Assembly (NCBI GenBank): GCA_964016885.1
Contig: OZ024750.1
Location: forward strand, 3,038,001 to 3,102,000
Reading direction: 5' to 3'
From: Eledone cirrhosa
Taxonomy: Eukaryota
Length of the DNA: 64,000 nucleotides
The position numbers and the translations under genes were made by a program. Of the stretch, positions 49,947-63,296 are shown one piece after another. How positions within the stretch are numbered: the first letter of the stretch is position 1; the number at the start of each line of letters is the position of its first letter. The notes below the pieces were generated by a model. It saw only the letters and a program-made list of their open reading frames with translations. It was not told the origin of the DNA and made no database searches.

Positions 49947-50674
49947 CTGAAAAAGTAAAAATATATAATTAGGAATATGAGGCACAATAGTTGAGATATA
50001 GAGGCAATGGGCTGCAGATGACATTTTTCCACAAAATCACGAGAAACTCTTGGGTACCTAATAATAGGGGGTGGTTGGAAAAAGCAGAGGTGGGGACTGG
50101 AACATTGGTACTTTTCCTAGATTGTCGCCATTGATTTAAAAAAAAAAAAAAGAATTAGTCGTTTAGTTTACATATTGAGATGTAATCCTATTTATTTTAT
50201 AACAAATGCGATTTCTCGTAATGACCTTTTTTTGTCATGTATAATGTTTTTTTTTTGTTTTGTTATTTTAATGTCTAAAGAGAATTTATTGTCGAAGGAA
50301 TGCTACCACTTAAAATAAAATTTCTTCAGAGATAGATTAGCAAAATTTAATAAGCGTGTGTGGTGGTGTTGGAAAGAATCTGTAAATTTAATATGTGAGT
50401 GGGGACAATTATTTGAGACCCAAGGGTAAGCAAACGAGGCACCCAAAGACAGTAAGAGAATAAAATGAAAAAGAAAAAAAGATACAAACAAAAGATAGAC
50501 TAAAAGATCTTTCTATCAATTCTTCTAAATTGGAATATATCATACCAATTTTATATCATACCAATTTAGGGGCAACAAATTATAAGTAAATGTCACATTG
50601 AAAAACTCTCTAATATTGTGCCAACAAAGAAACACTGACCACAGTACTTTGACTATTTTATTTTCTATCTAGAC

Positions 50675-50920
50675 TATATGTGTGTGTGTGTGTATATACA
50701 TATGTGTCTGTGTATATATATATATATATACACAGACACATATGTATATATGTTATTGAAACACGTGTGAATAAATTCCTTTTACTGAACTGTATCCATT
50801 TAAATCCTTCTATTTTCTCCGGATTACTTTTGAAACTACAACTGGAACCGTGGAGCAAATCCTACGTGAGCTGTCCATCTACTGTGTGTAATATTCATAT
50901 TACAACACTACGGAAAATAC

Positions 50921-50991
<71 letters not shown>

Positions 50992-51137
50992 CTGTTTGTG
51001 TGTGTATATATATATATATATATCTGTGTGTGTGTGTATATATATATGTGTATGTATATATATATATGTGTGTGTGTATATATATGTGCGTGTGTGTGTA
51101 TATATATATATACGTGTGTGTGTATATATATATATAC

Positions 51138-51168
<31 letters not shown>

Positions 51169-51342
51169 CGTGTGTATATATATATATACACACACACATA
51201 TATAAATGTATGTACACATACACACATATATATACATATACACACATATATGCATATATATATACACATACACATATATATATACACATATACATATATA
51301 TATATATGCATATATATGTGTGTGTGTGTGTGTGTGAGTGAG
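50675..51342. repeat. (TA/TG/CA)n microsatellite field
   Basis: Direct; explains the YI/CV ORFs. Confidence 0.95.
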
Positions 51343-51986
51343 TATAAAAAACAGCTTGAAAAATCTCATTTATTCAATGGTAACATTAAAAATTCTATCG
51401 ATGGTAATTCACAACACTTTTCTTTCCAATTCAATAGTCATTAAAATCAGAAAACTAGAAATGTCTGTTGAACGTTCTAGTGCACTAGATTTAATTGTTG
51501 CTTCAAGTTGTATCTATAACGTGGGACTTTCTCTGATGAGAACTATATTGTAAACACTACAGTTTAATTGATTAGTTATACATTCAATTACTTTGACTAA
51601 GTAAATTAAAAAAAAAAAAATACTAATTTTCTTAATTAGTATGATTTAGTAGTACAATTGTAACTACAGAAAACTTAGATGAAAAAGAAACTAATGTAAT
51701 ATGAAATTTTAGATAAAACAAACTCTTCATTAATACTTGGCACCCACAACAAATAAATGTATAAATCAAATGGAAAAAAGAAAACAAAATAAAAATGAGA
51801 ATGGGTTTTTTAAACCAGAAAAATTTGAGATAAATAAATTTGCTAAGGTAAAATTCTATCATTCTCACTCTTTCCTCTATAACTCCCATTACCTTAGCAC
51901 TTTTAAAAAAGAAAACATTGATTTGGAGAATAATGAGAAAAATATTAATACAGAAAATAGAATAAAATTGAGCTGAAAATGCTTAC

Positions 51987-52055
51987 TAAAAGATTTCTGA
52001 GACATTCATCTTCAGATTCTGTAATTTGTAGAAAGTCCATAGCTGATATAAAGAT
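51987..52055 (-). CDS. Candidate small exon (alternative first or cassette)
   Basis: CTGAC branch-like motif, TTTATAG acceptor, 69-nt open frame IFISAMDFLQITESEDECLRNLL, donor TTA|GTAAGC in phase 0 matching the next exon. Confidence 0.3.
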
Positions 52056-53072
52056 CTATAAATTGTGTGGTCAGAAAGATGAAGATTGAAGCAAATTCAA
52101 ACATAAAGTGGAAGTACAGAAACTTCAGAATTTCAAGACATTAAACCATAAAAAAGAAATTTCCTGAGTGTTGACCTTTTAACCTTCAGTAAATATGACA
52201 CAAAGGAAACTTGTTCCTTTTGTTTTCCATTGGAAAAAAAAAACAAAACAAAACAAAACAAAATTCCAACCAAAAAGTTGATAAAACTTTACACCAGAAT
52301 CGTTAGAGCAAAACAGCAACTTAATTTCACTGATGGAATATATAAGGTTAAAAATAATTAGAGCTAAAGATTGACTGACATAATGGAAAGATCAGGAAGT
52401 CGGTAAAAATGGTGTTTAAGAAGAAGTAATTATATTTGGCTTCACACATGAGACTAAACAACAGAAAAAATATACAAGAAATGTGTATAAAGTAAACTTA
52501 CAAGATAAAGCTTCTTATGAGAAAATAGGTTTTATTCTTAAATGTGTAAGATTTAAAACAAAAATAATTATTATATGGAATCAAGAGATGATAATGACTA
52601 ATAAGGCACAGTGGCTGGATGGTTAAATCTGATGTACTAACGATATGGTTTTAAATTTAGATTTTACAACAACTGTTGTTGTCATTTATCTCTGAGAAGT
52701 GGAGAGATGCTGTGCTGAATAAGAACCATCCCACCCTTGCAAGCAGGGAAAAGCAGACATAAAATGATGATGATGATGATGAAAGGCACGTAACTAGAGA
52801 CATTACAAGAGAGAAGAGTTGCCCATGATGCAACATTTCTTCTAGCCTTTCACACCTGTTAACATACGGTAATAATTTGGCAGAGAATATCTAAAAACTG
52901 GTTTGTTAATTCAAATGTTTATAGTTTCTTCATTAAAGTATAATGACTTGTGAAGATTTGCAGCAAACTAAAGAGTTTAATTCTTAATGTAATGTAGTCA
53001 AAGTGATGTTTTGTATTTTTTAACAATGTCTTGCTAATATGGTTTCATGTTGTATAGTATGAAAAGAGTTAA

Positions 53073-53505
53073 TTAACCATTTCATGACCACATTTCTAAT
53101 GAAATATACTCTATTTTAATTAATTATTGAAGAGTTTTGAGGGATTTACTAAAATTATCAATTATTTCATTACTAAGATAGTAACTTAACGTAAGATTCT
53201 TATATAAAATTATGTTGGTAGATTTTAATTTAAATTGGAAACCTTTGAAATGGGTGGTTTTATTTCATAGAACCAGAGGCGGTTTTGGCTGTTTATACCG
53301 GCTGTATCTGGCCAGAATTCTCTCACATCTTTCTGTTCAAACTGGCCGTAACTGGCTGCTCATACTGAGGTTAAGGTATTGTTCTCAAAATAAATAACAT
53401 CTAAATCAGTAGATTCCATATTATGTGAGATAATTATGTAAGATAAAGCCTTTACCACAAAAATATGATAATAAATATAGAGTAATGTAAATGCTAAAGG
53501 GTTAA
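53073..53505. mobile_element. Fused MITEs: inverted family B plus family A
   Basis: 53073-53291 is the reverse complement of family B lacking its left TIR; 53292-53505 is family A lacking its left TIR; both outer ends are TTAA. Confidence 0.75.
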
Positions 53506-54565
53506 GGCAGGATGCCAAAATAGTATTTGTACTTGGATGCTGAGAAACCTTTCTAGGCCACTGCATGTAACTTTGAATCCTTTAGGAAAATTGGCACGAA
53601 CATAAGAAAAATATATAATCAACAGGTAAGGATTATTATTTAAGAACAAAATTGTAATACTTTACAAATAAATAAGAACTTACGAGATTATTTCATAAAC
53701 ATATATTCTTACTAGAAAGTAAAGCCAACCAAGTTACTCATAATCCTTATCATTAGTAGATTTTCTAATTATTTCATTACTGTTGTTTGAAGTACTTACA
53801 ATCTTTAGAATACATTAAGAAATGACAGATAGTTGAAAACTAACCAATTCCATATGTAGATGTAACATTAACCATAATTGGTAAGATTAGAGTTAATTCC
53901 ATAGACATATAAGCAGAATTAACCATAACTGGAAAGATAAGGGATTGTAAAGTTCCACAATATTTGAAGTAATTTCACATGCCAATGCACTTTTTAAAGC
54001 CATTTATGAAGAAAGAAGTATTTATACTTTGATAATTTTAATGCATTTACGTTGTTTAATAAACAGTACAGCACAGCAGAGTGGTAAAGTAAAAAATAAT
54101 ATAACCTAGCTATTGCCAGTGGATTGGCAGAATCGGTAGAGCATTGGACGCCATGCTTAGTGGCATAGAGTTATGGCCATTTACGTTCCGAGTTCATATC
54201 TCGCCGAGGTTAACTTTGCCTTTCATCTTTACGGGGTTGATAAAATAAAGTACCAGTAATACACTGGGGTAATTGCTGACCTTGTTCCAAAAGTAGACAC
54301 AATTATTTAAATGGTCCCCTAATACATAACATGGTATTTGGGGACATTAAGAAGAGTTCTCTTTCTTGCAAATTAGGTTTTTAAAAATAATGTTTTGATT
54401 CTTTTAAACAAAATAAATTGATATTTACGCAACAGAATTTTCTTGGGATATGTAAATGAGATCTATTAAATCTATCACACTTAGAGGTCAACATCAGATG
54501 GTTTTAAATATACCCAATCGTTTATTAGAAACCAACACTATTAATGACAGTTATTAGAATGTCTT

Positions 54566-54855
54566 TTAAAATGTATACACCAAAAGCTGAGAGAATAACT
54601 TTTAAAATGTATACACCAAAAGCTGAGAGAATAACTTTTAAAATGTATACACCAAAAGCTGAGAGAATGACTTAAATGTATACACCAAAAGCTGAGAGAA
54701 TAACTTAAATGTATACACCAAAAGCTGAGAGAATGACTTAAATGTATACACCAAAAGCTGAGAGAATAACTTAAATGTATACACCAAAAGCTGAGAGAAT
54801 AACTTAAATGTATACACCAAAAGCTGAGAGAATAACTTAAATGTATACACCAAAA
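54566..54855. repeat. 33-bp (36-bp variant) minisatellite
   Basis: About 8.5 units of AAATGTATACACCAAAAGCTGAGAGAAT(A/G)ACTT. Confidence 0.95.
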
Positions 54856-55379
54856 CACTAATTCAAAAATAAATTGTAAATTTCTCTTTCACAACTAAAA
54901 CTTTTGAGAAGAGAATGAAGTGAAAAGTGTTTATTTGATACAAAAAGGATTAAGAAAAGATTTAATATTTCAAGGGGTTAAGAATGAATTGTAAGCTGGT
55001 TTATATATTGAAGAAAGGTCATGTATTTATCTTAAATAAAAAGAAAACTTCATTTCCTGATATATACAGATGCCAGGAAGACAGTTGGTTACTGTGTGTG
55101 TGTGCGTGTGTGTGTGTGTGAATATATATAAAATAAATATTTTAGAAGAAAATCATATTTTCCCAGCTTTCTGTCTCACTAGAATCTGGTTTGTGACAGT
55201 CCTTTTTAACAGATGTTTTAAATACTGGCTGGCAAATCAAATTATGAATTGTTTCTTTTTGTTTTGAATGAGATGAGAAATGCTTTAGGACTTGATGATT
55301 ATTAGATTAATCATATAAAGTAAAACTTTTCAACCGACATATACAGTGAAATTCTGCTTATAAGAAAAAATTTAGTGAA

Positions 55380-55512
55380 TACAGCGAAATTCCATTATAA
55401 CGAAATTTAAAATAATATTTGTAACGAAAAATTCTTTATAACAAGATCGACCGAAACACAGCGTATAGCCAGGGATTGGAAATAATGTTGTTATAATGGA
55501 ATTTTACCTGTA
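55380..55512. mobile_element. pogo/Tigger-type MITE
   Basis: TA-CAGCGAAATTCCATTATAAC ... GTTATAATGGAATTTTACCTG-TA; an extra left-TIR-like copy at 55342. Confidence 0.65.
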
Positions 55513-55552
55513 TTTGCAAATATAAGACTGGGCAGTAAAATTATGAAATATT

Positions 55553-56457
55553 TTAGTCTTAGGACATATATCAGTCATAAGGCATAGATCAATCTTAGCA
55601 CATATATTAGTCATAGCGCATATATTAGTCAGAGGACATATATTAGTCATAGCGCATATATTAGTCATAGCGCATATATTAGTCAGAGGACATATATTGG
55701 TCTTAGGGCATAGATTGGTCTTAGGGCACAGATTGGTCTTAGGGCACAGATTGGTCTTAGGGCACAGATTGGTCTTAGGGCACAGATTGGTCTTAGGGCA
55801 CAGATTGGTCTTAGGGCACAGATTGGTCTTAGGGCACAGATTGGTCTTAGGGCACAGATTGGTCTTAGGGCACAGATTGGTCTTAGGGCACAGATTGGTC
55901 TTAGGGCACAGATTGGTCTTAGGGCACAGATTGGTCTTAGGGCACAGATTGGTCTTAGGGCACAGATTGGTCTTAGGGCACAGATTGGTCTTAGGGCACA
56001 GATTGGTCTTAGGGCACAGATTGGTCTTAGGGCACAGATTGGTCTTAGGGCACAGATTGGTCTTAGGGCACAGATTGGTCTTAGGGCACAGATTGGTCTT
56101 AGGGCACAGATTGGTCTTAGGGCACAGATTGGTCTTAGGGCACAGATTGGTCTTAGGGCACAGATTGGTCTTAGGGCACAGATTGGTCTTAGGGCACAGA
56201 TTGGTCTTAGGGCACAGATTGGTCTTAGGGCACAGATTGGTCTTAGGGCACAGATTGGTCTTAGGGCATAGATTGGTCTTAGGGCATAGATTGGTCTTAG
56301 GGCATAGATTGGTCTTAGGGCATAGATTGGTCTTAGGGCATAGATTGGTCTTAGGGCACAGATTGGTCTTAGGGCATAGATTGGTCTTAGGGCATAGATT
56401 GGTCTTAGGGCATAGATTGGTCTTAGGACATAGATTAGTCATAGGACATAGATTAAT
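55553..56457. repeat. 18-bp minisatellite, about 50 copies
   Basis: Unit TTGGTCTTAGGGCACAGA; homogeneous centre and diverged edges. Confidence 0.97.
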
Positions 56458-57239
56458 AATAGTATCTGATAGAATTTCATTAAAAATATTCAGAAAAGTT
56501 GACCTCACTCTGCAAATATTTCTGATAACCAGATAATCTAAGGATCCACTTTATGAAATGCAACAGAATATATACACTCTACTGTATATATCTGCTGTAT
56601 ACTTGTATATACATGGCAATGGTAGATAAGTCACACCTTCTATGTGTTTATAATATCTTGGCTTCAGGCTTTGACCCACACATAAGGTACATATTGCTTT
56701 TTTATAAATACTGTTTGCAAATTTACTAGCAGTTGTGTTTAAATATAAATAAAACATTTAGCTAAAGTAATCAGAATCAATGCCAGTAGAGTCTAGTCAA
56801 GTTTCCCAACCATAGATATTATTATAGCAATGTGTTTTTATACCTGAAATGAAAAGATTGGCTGGTGCTTTTAAATTGCCACAATTGACAAGCAATACAG
56901 TTGGCTGATAGAAAACTAATGCAAATATGTTTCACACATATGGAAGTCATATTTGGTTTTGTGCGATACCACCAATGTATTTGTTTACAATTCTGATATT
57001 AATATAAAGTGAACATTGACATGAGCAACTAACCCAGCCTACATCCTCAATCATGTGCCATTGGGTGTCAGTTGAGTGCTGCCAAAGTTGAGTCTAGTGT
57101 AAATACCTGGAGATACAGTACATGAGTGACTCATCTATGGGTATATACCAAGTTTAAACTAATCACATCAGTTATCAAGTCAAGAGTATTTACAACTGTA
57201 TAATCATATCAAAAGATAAACTTGTGGTATAAATAAGTT

Positions 57240-57335
57240 ATGCCTAGAAGGAAAGTTAACCGGTAAGAGAAGCAAGGGTTGACAGCCAAACAGCTGGCTT
57301 GATAATGTCAACTCATGGACTGGACTTGACTTGAC
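57240..57335 (+). mobile_element. Short decayed RTE C-terminal fragment
   Basis: LEGKLTGKRSKG*QPNSWLDNVNSWTGLD resembles the RTE EG...GKR.RGR...WLD.I..WTG motif. Confidence 0.55.
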
Positions 57336-60300
57336 CTTTGCTCTTTAAACTCTGCTGTTGGTGATCGAACTTTGTGGAGAAGAATATTTCATGTTTATGT
57401 GCAGTCTGCAACAAGCAAAGTGTCTAGGTATATACAATATAGATTCAACGACAATGAATACAAGTAGAAATCACCATCAGAGTTACATATTATTGAACAG
57501 ACAGAACAAACAGTACAACTGTGATTACATTTGCTTCCTGATTATTTTGTGGAAGGACAAAGTAAAAAACAAATCAAGACATTGGTTATAAAATATCGCC
57601 AGAATTTCAGATATTGGAATCACTAACATTCCTAATTCTAAGTATTTTATTTCTCTTTTTGGTTATTACTTTGCGACAAATCAAGCTGCTCTTAATTTGA
57701 GATATATTCCCAGAGATATGGGATTATACACCAATAAATTAATTTACAGACTGTGTACAACTGATGATTATGAATTAACTGTCAAACCCAAGTATAGTTG
57801 GTTGAGAGGGCTATCTTGATTAACAAAAAATACTGTATGTAGCTAATAAACTGAAGCTAATAAAACCATCTCATTTGTATGTAATAAAAAAACAAACTAA
57901 CTATGAGCTGACATTTAGATATGAAACTAAAGTGAATAATCTTATAAATAAAGCAAAAATAAATAAACTCGTTTATATATTAAGTTGCGGAAGAAATAAA
58001 GAAATAAAATAATCAGTATTTTATATTAATGAAGTAATCAAATAACTCTAGTAGCCACGAAGGAAAAATTACTTCTTCACAACTATAAAATATCACAATA
58101 AATTTAACTCTACATGTTTGTCGAAAATACTGTTTTCCATTACATATGTATATTGATGTTTATATAAAAGAAAATATAAAAGACTTGCAAATTCATTGAG
58201 CATGTATGTATATGGCTTTCTCTTTCTTTTGTCAGAAGTTACTCTAGAAAACTCTAGAACACAAAACAGTCCTCGAATTGTAATTGAAGTGTGTGTGTGT
58301 GTGTGTGTGTATATTGTTTATACATTGAAATGTTTTCTTTTGCCTTGCTTTTGTCCACATTGTCACAGTATTATGGCTATAATATATGCCTTTTGAGGAG
58401 GCATAAAGCCTAGTGGTAAGGGTGTCAAACTTACGATCATAATGTCATGGGTTCGATTCCAAAGCTCTACCAATACAGCCAATTCACTGCCTTTTGGTGC
58501 AATATATGGTATAATGGTTTAAGATTTAGGCACAAGGCCTGCAATTTTGGGGGAGGGGAAAGTCGATTAAATAGACTCCAGTTTGTTACTGGTACATTAT
58601 TTTATCAACTCTGTAAAGTATAATAAGGTACAATCATGAGATAGAACAACCCTAGGACAGCCATCAAGAACAGCTTAAGTAAAGCCTATCATATATTTGA
58701 GAAGGCAACCTATATGGTAGGATGAGGCTTCCACAGAATTTTGAACTAAAAACCTTAAGATTGATTTGTTTGTCCAGTTGACTTGTGTGCCACAGTTTAC
58801 AGAATATAGTTGTAAAACTTTAAGATTATACAGACACTGGTGCACACTAAGCCGCAGCTGCATAGATTAAGCATCTAATGTCATGATAGCTACAGTCATG
58901 AAAAGCTGTTTGAAATGAAACGATGATGAGGAAGATAATAATGTCAATGGTGATAATGTTTTTGTTGTTGTTGTTGTTGTTGTTGTTGAGGATATCGATG
59001 TTTAAAGTATCATGTGAAGTGAATTTAACTTTGCTTTTGAAGCAAATATAAAAATTATGCATTTTTCAAAGAATTTGAAAATGAAAAACCAATATCTATC
59101 GTATATGCTTTCATATACACACCTATGGTGAACATCACATCTCTGTGGTAGTGACACTTCTAGTATAGAAGGCAAAAATTGATGTTGAATATAAACGCAA
59201 AACCTTGAATATTTTAGGATGATTGGGGGGAGAGGCAGAGTTAGTTGATTAAATCGACCTCAGGAATTGACTGGTATTTACTTTATTGACCTCTACAGAA
59301 AGATGAAAGGTTAGGTTGACCAGAGCCAGATTTGAACTTAGAAAGGTAAGCATTAAAAGTTTTAATTAGCTAGAAACTAAAGTATTCTATGTATGTGTAC
59401 AAATGTGATTAGGTAAAGAGAAAACAGCATAGTGGAATGTGTACTATACACATATACACATGGATGTGTGTGTGTGTATACATACATATATACATATTAC
59501 ATATATATGTGTGTGTGTATTACTATATTACATATATACGTGTGTATATATACTATATTACATCATCTTCGTTTAATGTCCATTCTCCACGCTAGCATAT
59601 ATATATGTGTGTGTGTGTATGTATATATATATATATATTATATTACATACATATATATGTATGTGTGTGTGTGTGCATGTATTAATAATAAAAATCCAAG
59701 AAAATGTGAAGATAGTTGACTAAACTTAATTAGAATTAGTGATTGTAAAGTTCTACTTTAGTTTAATTGGCTATCATCTGAGAGCCAGCAATATTTGAAT
59801 GGGATGGATTATTCCATATTAATGAAAAGATGCAAGAATACGAAAGATCTACCATATTTCCTAATTAAAGCTAAGTTGAAGGCTTTACAAGCTCTGATAA
59901 CTTCAGTGAAATATATTGTCATTAAAAATATGATTGGGTAGCTAGATAAACCTTTTCACCTTTTTTTTTAATGTTCTCTACGTCTCTTTCTATGATTCTT
60001 CCTACTTTTCTCTTTCCTCATACTGCCACCCGATCTTGTTACCCGTCTGCATTGTAGGGGCTTCCAAAATGACTATTTCTAATATTTCATGTTCCACAAT
60101 GCTTCAAGCAAACTTTAACACTCTCTTAAATATTCTTTCATTTTTGGGGTCTAAATCTTAGCAAAACAGTTTTTTAGGTATAGTTATTTGCCTGTTTGTT
60201 TGCTTTAATGTTTTTATTACTTTCAATTGATTAATATCTAAAGATTCTGAGACATAAAAAAAAGTGCAACAGAGCGTTACATAAACACAATGTACTTTAC

Positions 60301-62689
60301 AGATATGAATTAAAAATCATTAGATGCATTTGAAAGACATACAGCAATGGCATACCGTAGAAACGACATTATTATAAAGGGACGGCCCTTTATGATCCGA
60401 GTTCAAATCTCACCGAGGTTAACTTTGCCTTTCATCGTTACGGGGTCGATAAAATAAAGTACCAGTAATACACTGGGATAATTGCTGGCCTTGTGCCAAA
60501 AGTAGAAACAATTATATTTGTAATGTTATTCAGAACGAATTGCGAACAATTTATTATAATATTTATGTATATTTTAAAAACATATTTATAATGTTATTTA
60601 TACAACTGTGAATAAAACATGTCACATTACTATGGAAGTTACCATATTCACTCTGTGGTTCTGTTTACCCACCTTTATGTGATCTTCAATTAAATAGATT
60701 ATCTCTCTCTATTTTTATCTTTAACTATGTTCTACATTCTTCTTTGATCATCATTTTATCTAAGAACCTTTGTTAAGTTATGTTCGAAACACCAGCTTAA
60801 TAATGAGAAAGTGTTCATATTTATCTAAAAACCTTCAATCATAATCTTATGTAAAAGACTTTATTATATTCCAAACACAGACTTAATAATGAGAAAGTTT
60901 GTTATTTTACTAAAGTTTTTACTAAATCCTTCCAAATTCTTGATTATTTTCAAAACTTATTTGAAAATCATAGATAATGTCTTTCATTATAAATATGGTT
61001 AATGAAAGGGTTAATGGAGAAATCATTTAAATTAAAAAAGAAAGAAAAAGACAAGATTAACACAAAAAACTCAAGTCTTATAATAGTAAACTGCAATCTA
61101 TATTTAACAGGAAATAATTTATACTGCTAGTTCTTATCAGTGGGTCTTTGATTTTATATATATGGTGGTGCCTCATATTTTTAAAAGCTAAAATTAGCTC
61201 AGTTCTGTTGTGTTGTATATACTTAAAAAAAAAAGTAATAAAAAACCTGTTAGAAGAGGTTGTTACTGACATCTAATTCAAGTAGTAACAATAAATGAAC
61301 TTTGTTTGGAACAAACCAACCACAGTCTTAAGTTTATTTTGAAAAATATATAAAATAAAGGTAGCAAGAATATAGGTGTGTAGGCCTAGTATTGAGAAGC
61401 TGCGACTATCTGGTTGCAATCATCATTGTCATTTTTTGTTACTTAATGTTTGTTTTATTTTTTATTTTTTTAGGAATAGGAAAAGTCTTAAAAACTGCAG
61501 ACAATTGTAAAAATGCAAACATTTGATACGACTGAGTTGTAAGGTTAGAAGATAAAGAAATTTGTAGATTAATATTGCTAAGCAACAATCTTACATGTCA
61601 TCTCAACAAACATTGCTTATCGAAAAGTAGTGTGAATATACTCTTATGGTACTTGAATTTACTACTTGTGTGTGAGAAGAAACAAATTATTGTCTGATAA
61701 CCAACACTATCAATACAGAATGGATAACAGAGGTTGTGGGAGGATCTTACTAACAAGGATATCATGCAAAAACACAAGCAATGAAGTTGAAAAAAGCCTA
61801 CTAAACAAAGCTTCTTTTACTATGGTAGGCCATAAAGCTTTTAAAAGAAATTATTCAGTCAGTTTAAAAAGATTTATAGCAGCCCCCCCCCCCCCCCCCC
61901 TCTCTCTAACGATGATGAAATAAAAGATAAGAGGCTGAGGGTTGATAACTTTCACTTGCAATGCCTCCTTCATATGTTAGTAAAATAACTTCAGTGTTTC
62001 CTGAAAAAAGAATGATTTGTGTGTGTGTGAGAGAGAGCATGGATATCAGTTAATTATATTATACTATCACTACTAAATTGATATATGACTGGACAATGAG
62101 GGAGTACACTCCCTGACATCATTCAGAACTCTAGATACATGCTGGCTACTTCATGGTCCCAGAAGTGGACATATTAAAGAATAGGTTACCCCCAGAAGAT
62201 AGCAAGGGAGATATACTGAAATAGCCATTCCATCAACTTCTGTTGCAACTAAAGAAAACCTAGAGAGGAATTCATAGAATTCATCTGTTGCTAAAGATGT
62301 AGGAATGGGAAGAAAGCAAATGGAAACATCAAGTCTTTGGGAATGTGACAAAGCTAACAAAACAATAACAAATACCATATCATCTGTGAGGTGATATGTG
62401 AGATGCAGGAATGAGTTACATAGGTGTTGGATATTTTGTAAATTATAAAACGGGTGCATAAATGAAGAGGTAAGAGGATTACTTAGAAGATAGAGACAGT
62501 TATCTGCGTGCAGTCATTTCAAGTGAATAAAATGCAGAGTAGCGCTAATGATAAGATAGTATCAAAAGTTCACAGAAGCAGAAATTCTTTCTAGGTATGT
62601 TCCATAATTAATAACAAATGGTTTCTTTGTTCATAAAACATACAGAACTGTATGATGTTTCTATTAGAAATGGTACTGTGCTAGTAATA

Positions 62690-62880
62690 ATGGTTTCTGA
62701 TTTAGGCACAAGGCCAGCAATTAATTACCCCAGTTCATTACTGGTACCTTATTTTATCAACTCCGTAAGGATGAAAGGCAAATCTAACCTCGGGAGGATT
62801 TGAACTCAGAATATAAAGGGCCATAACTCTATGCTGCAAAGCACGGCGTCTGATGCTCTACCGATATTGCTAATCCACCT
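62690..62880 (-). mobile_element. tRNA-derived SINE
   Basis: Full reverse-complement match to the main family. Confidence 0.88.
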
Positions 62881-63245
62881 GGTTTCTGGTTTAGGCACAA
62901 GGCCACAGACTTTATGATTTCTAATAAAAACATTTGCTTCATACAGTTAATATTATGTAGAGAGAAAATGTTTAGTTGTGAACAGAAGTGACAGCTCCTG
63001 GTATTTATTTCCCCCATTTCTTAAACTAGCAAAAATTGTCTCACCACAATCTTCTCCAGCACTAATTAAATTCCAATCCAATCCCTTTTCAGGCCTGTTG
63101 GTGGAGCCCCTCCTCCTGCTTTTGGTTATATCTTAAAGAGTGTAGCTGATGGCAACTTCTTTTGCCGTCTTTTAAGGGTTTTCATCCTAGTTTATAAGCG
63201 ATCTTTATAGCATTTTTGTGCTTTCTTTATACTCCTATCCTCTCC

Positions 63246-63296
<51 letters not shown>

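Noticed and set aside
54566-54855. 33-bp repeats resembling a CRISPR array
   Set aside because: Head-to-tail units with no unique spacers, no cas genes, and a eukaryotic context
58398-58465. tRNA-like sequence
   Set aside because: A/B boxes are present but there is no acceptor stem or proper cloverleaf; it is a SINE head
63091-63210. Plus-strand acceptor followed by a short open frame (PVGGAPPPAFG...)
   Set aside because: No convincing donor and no homology recognised
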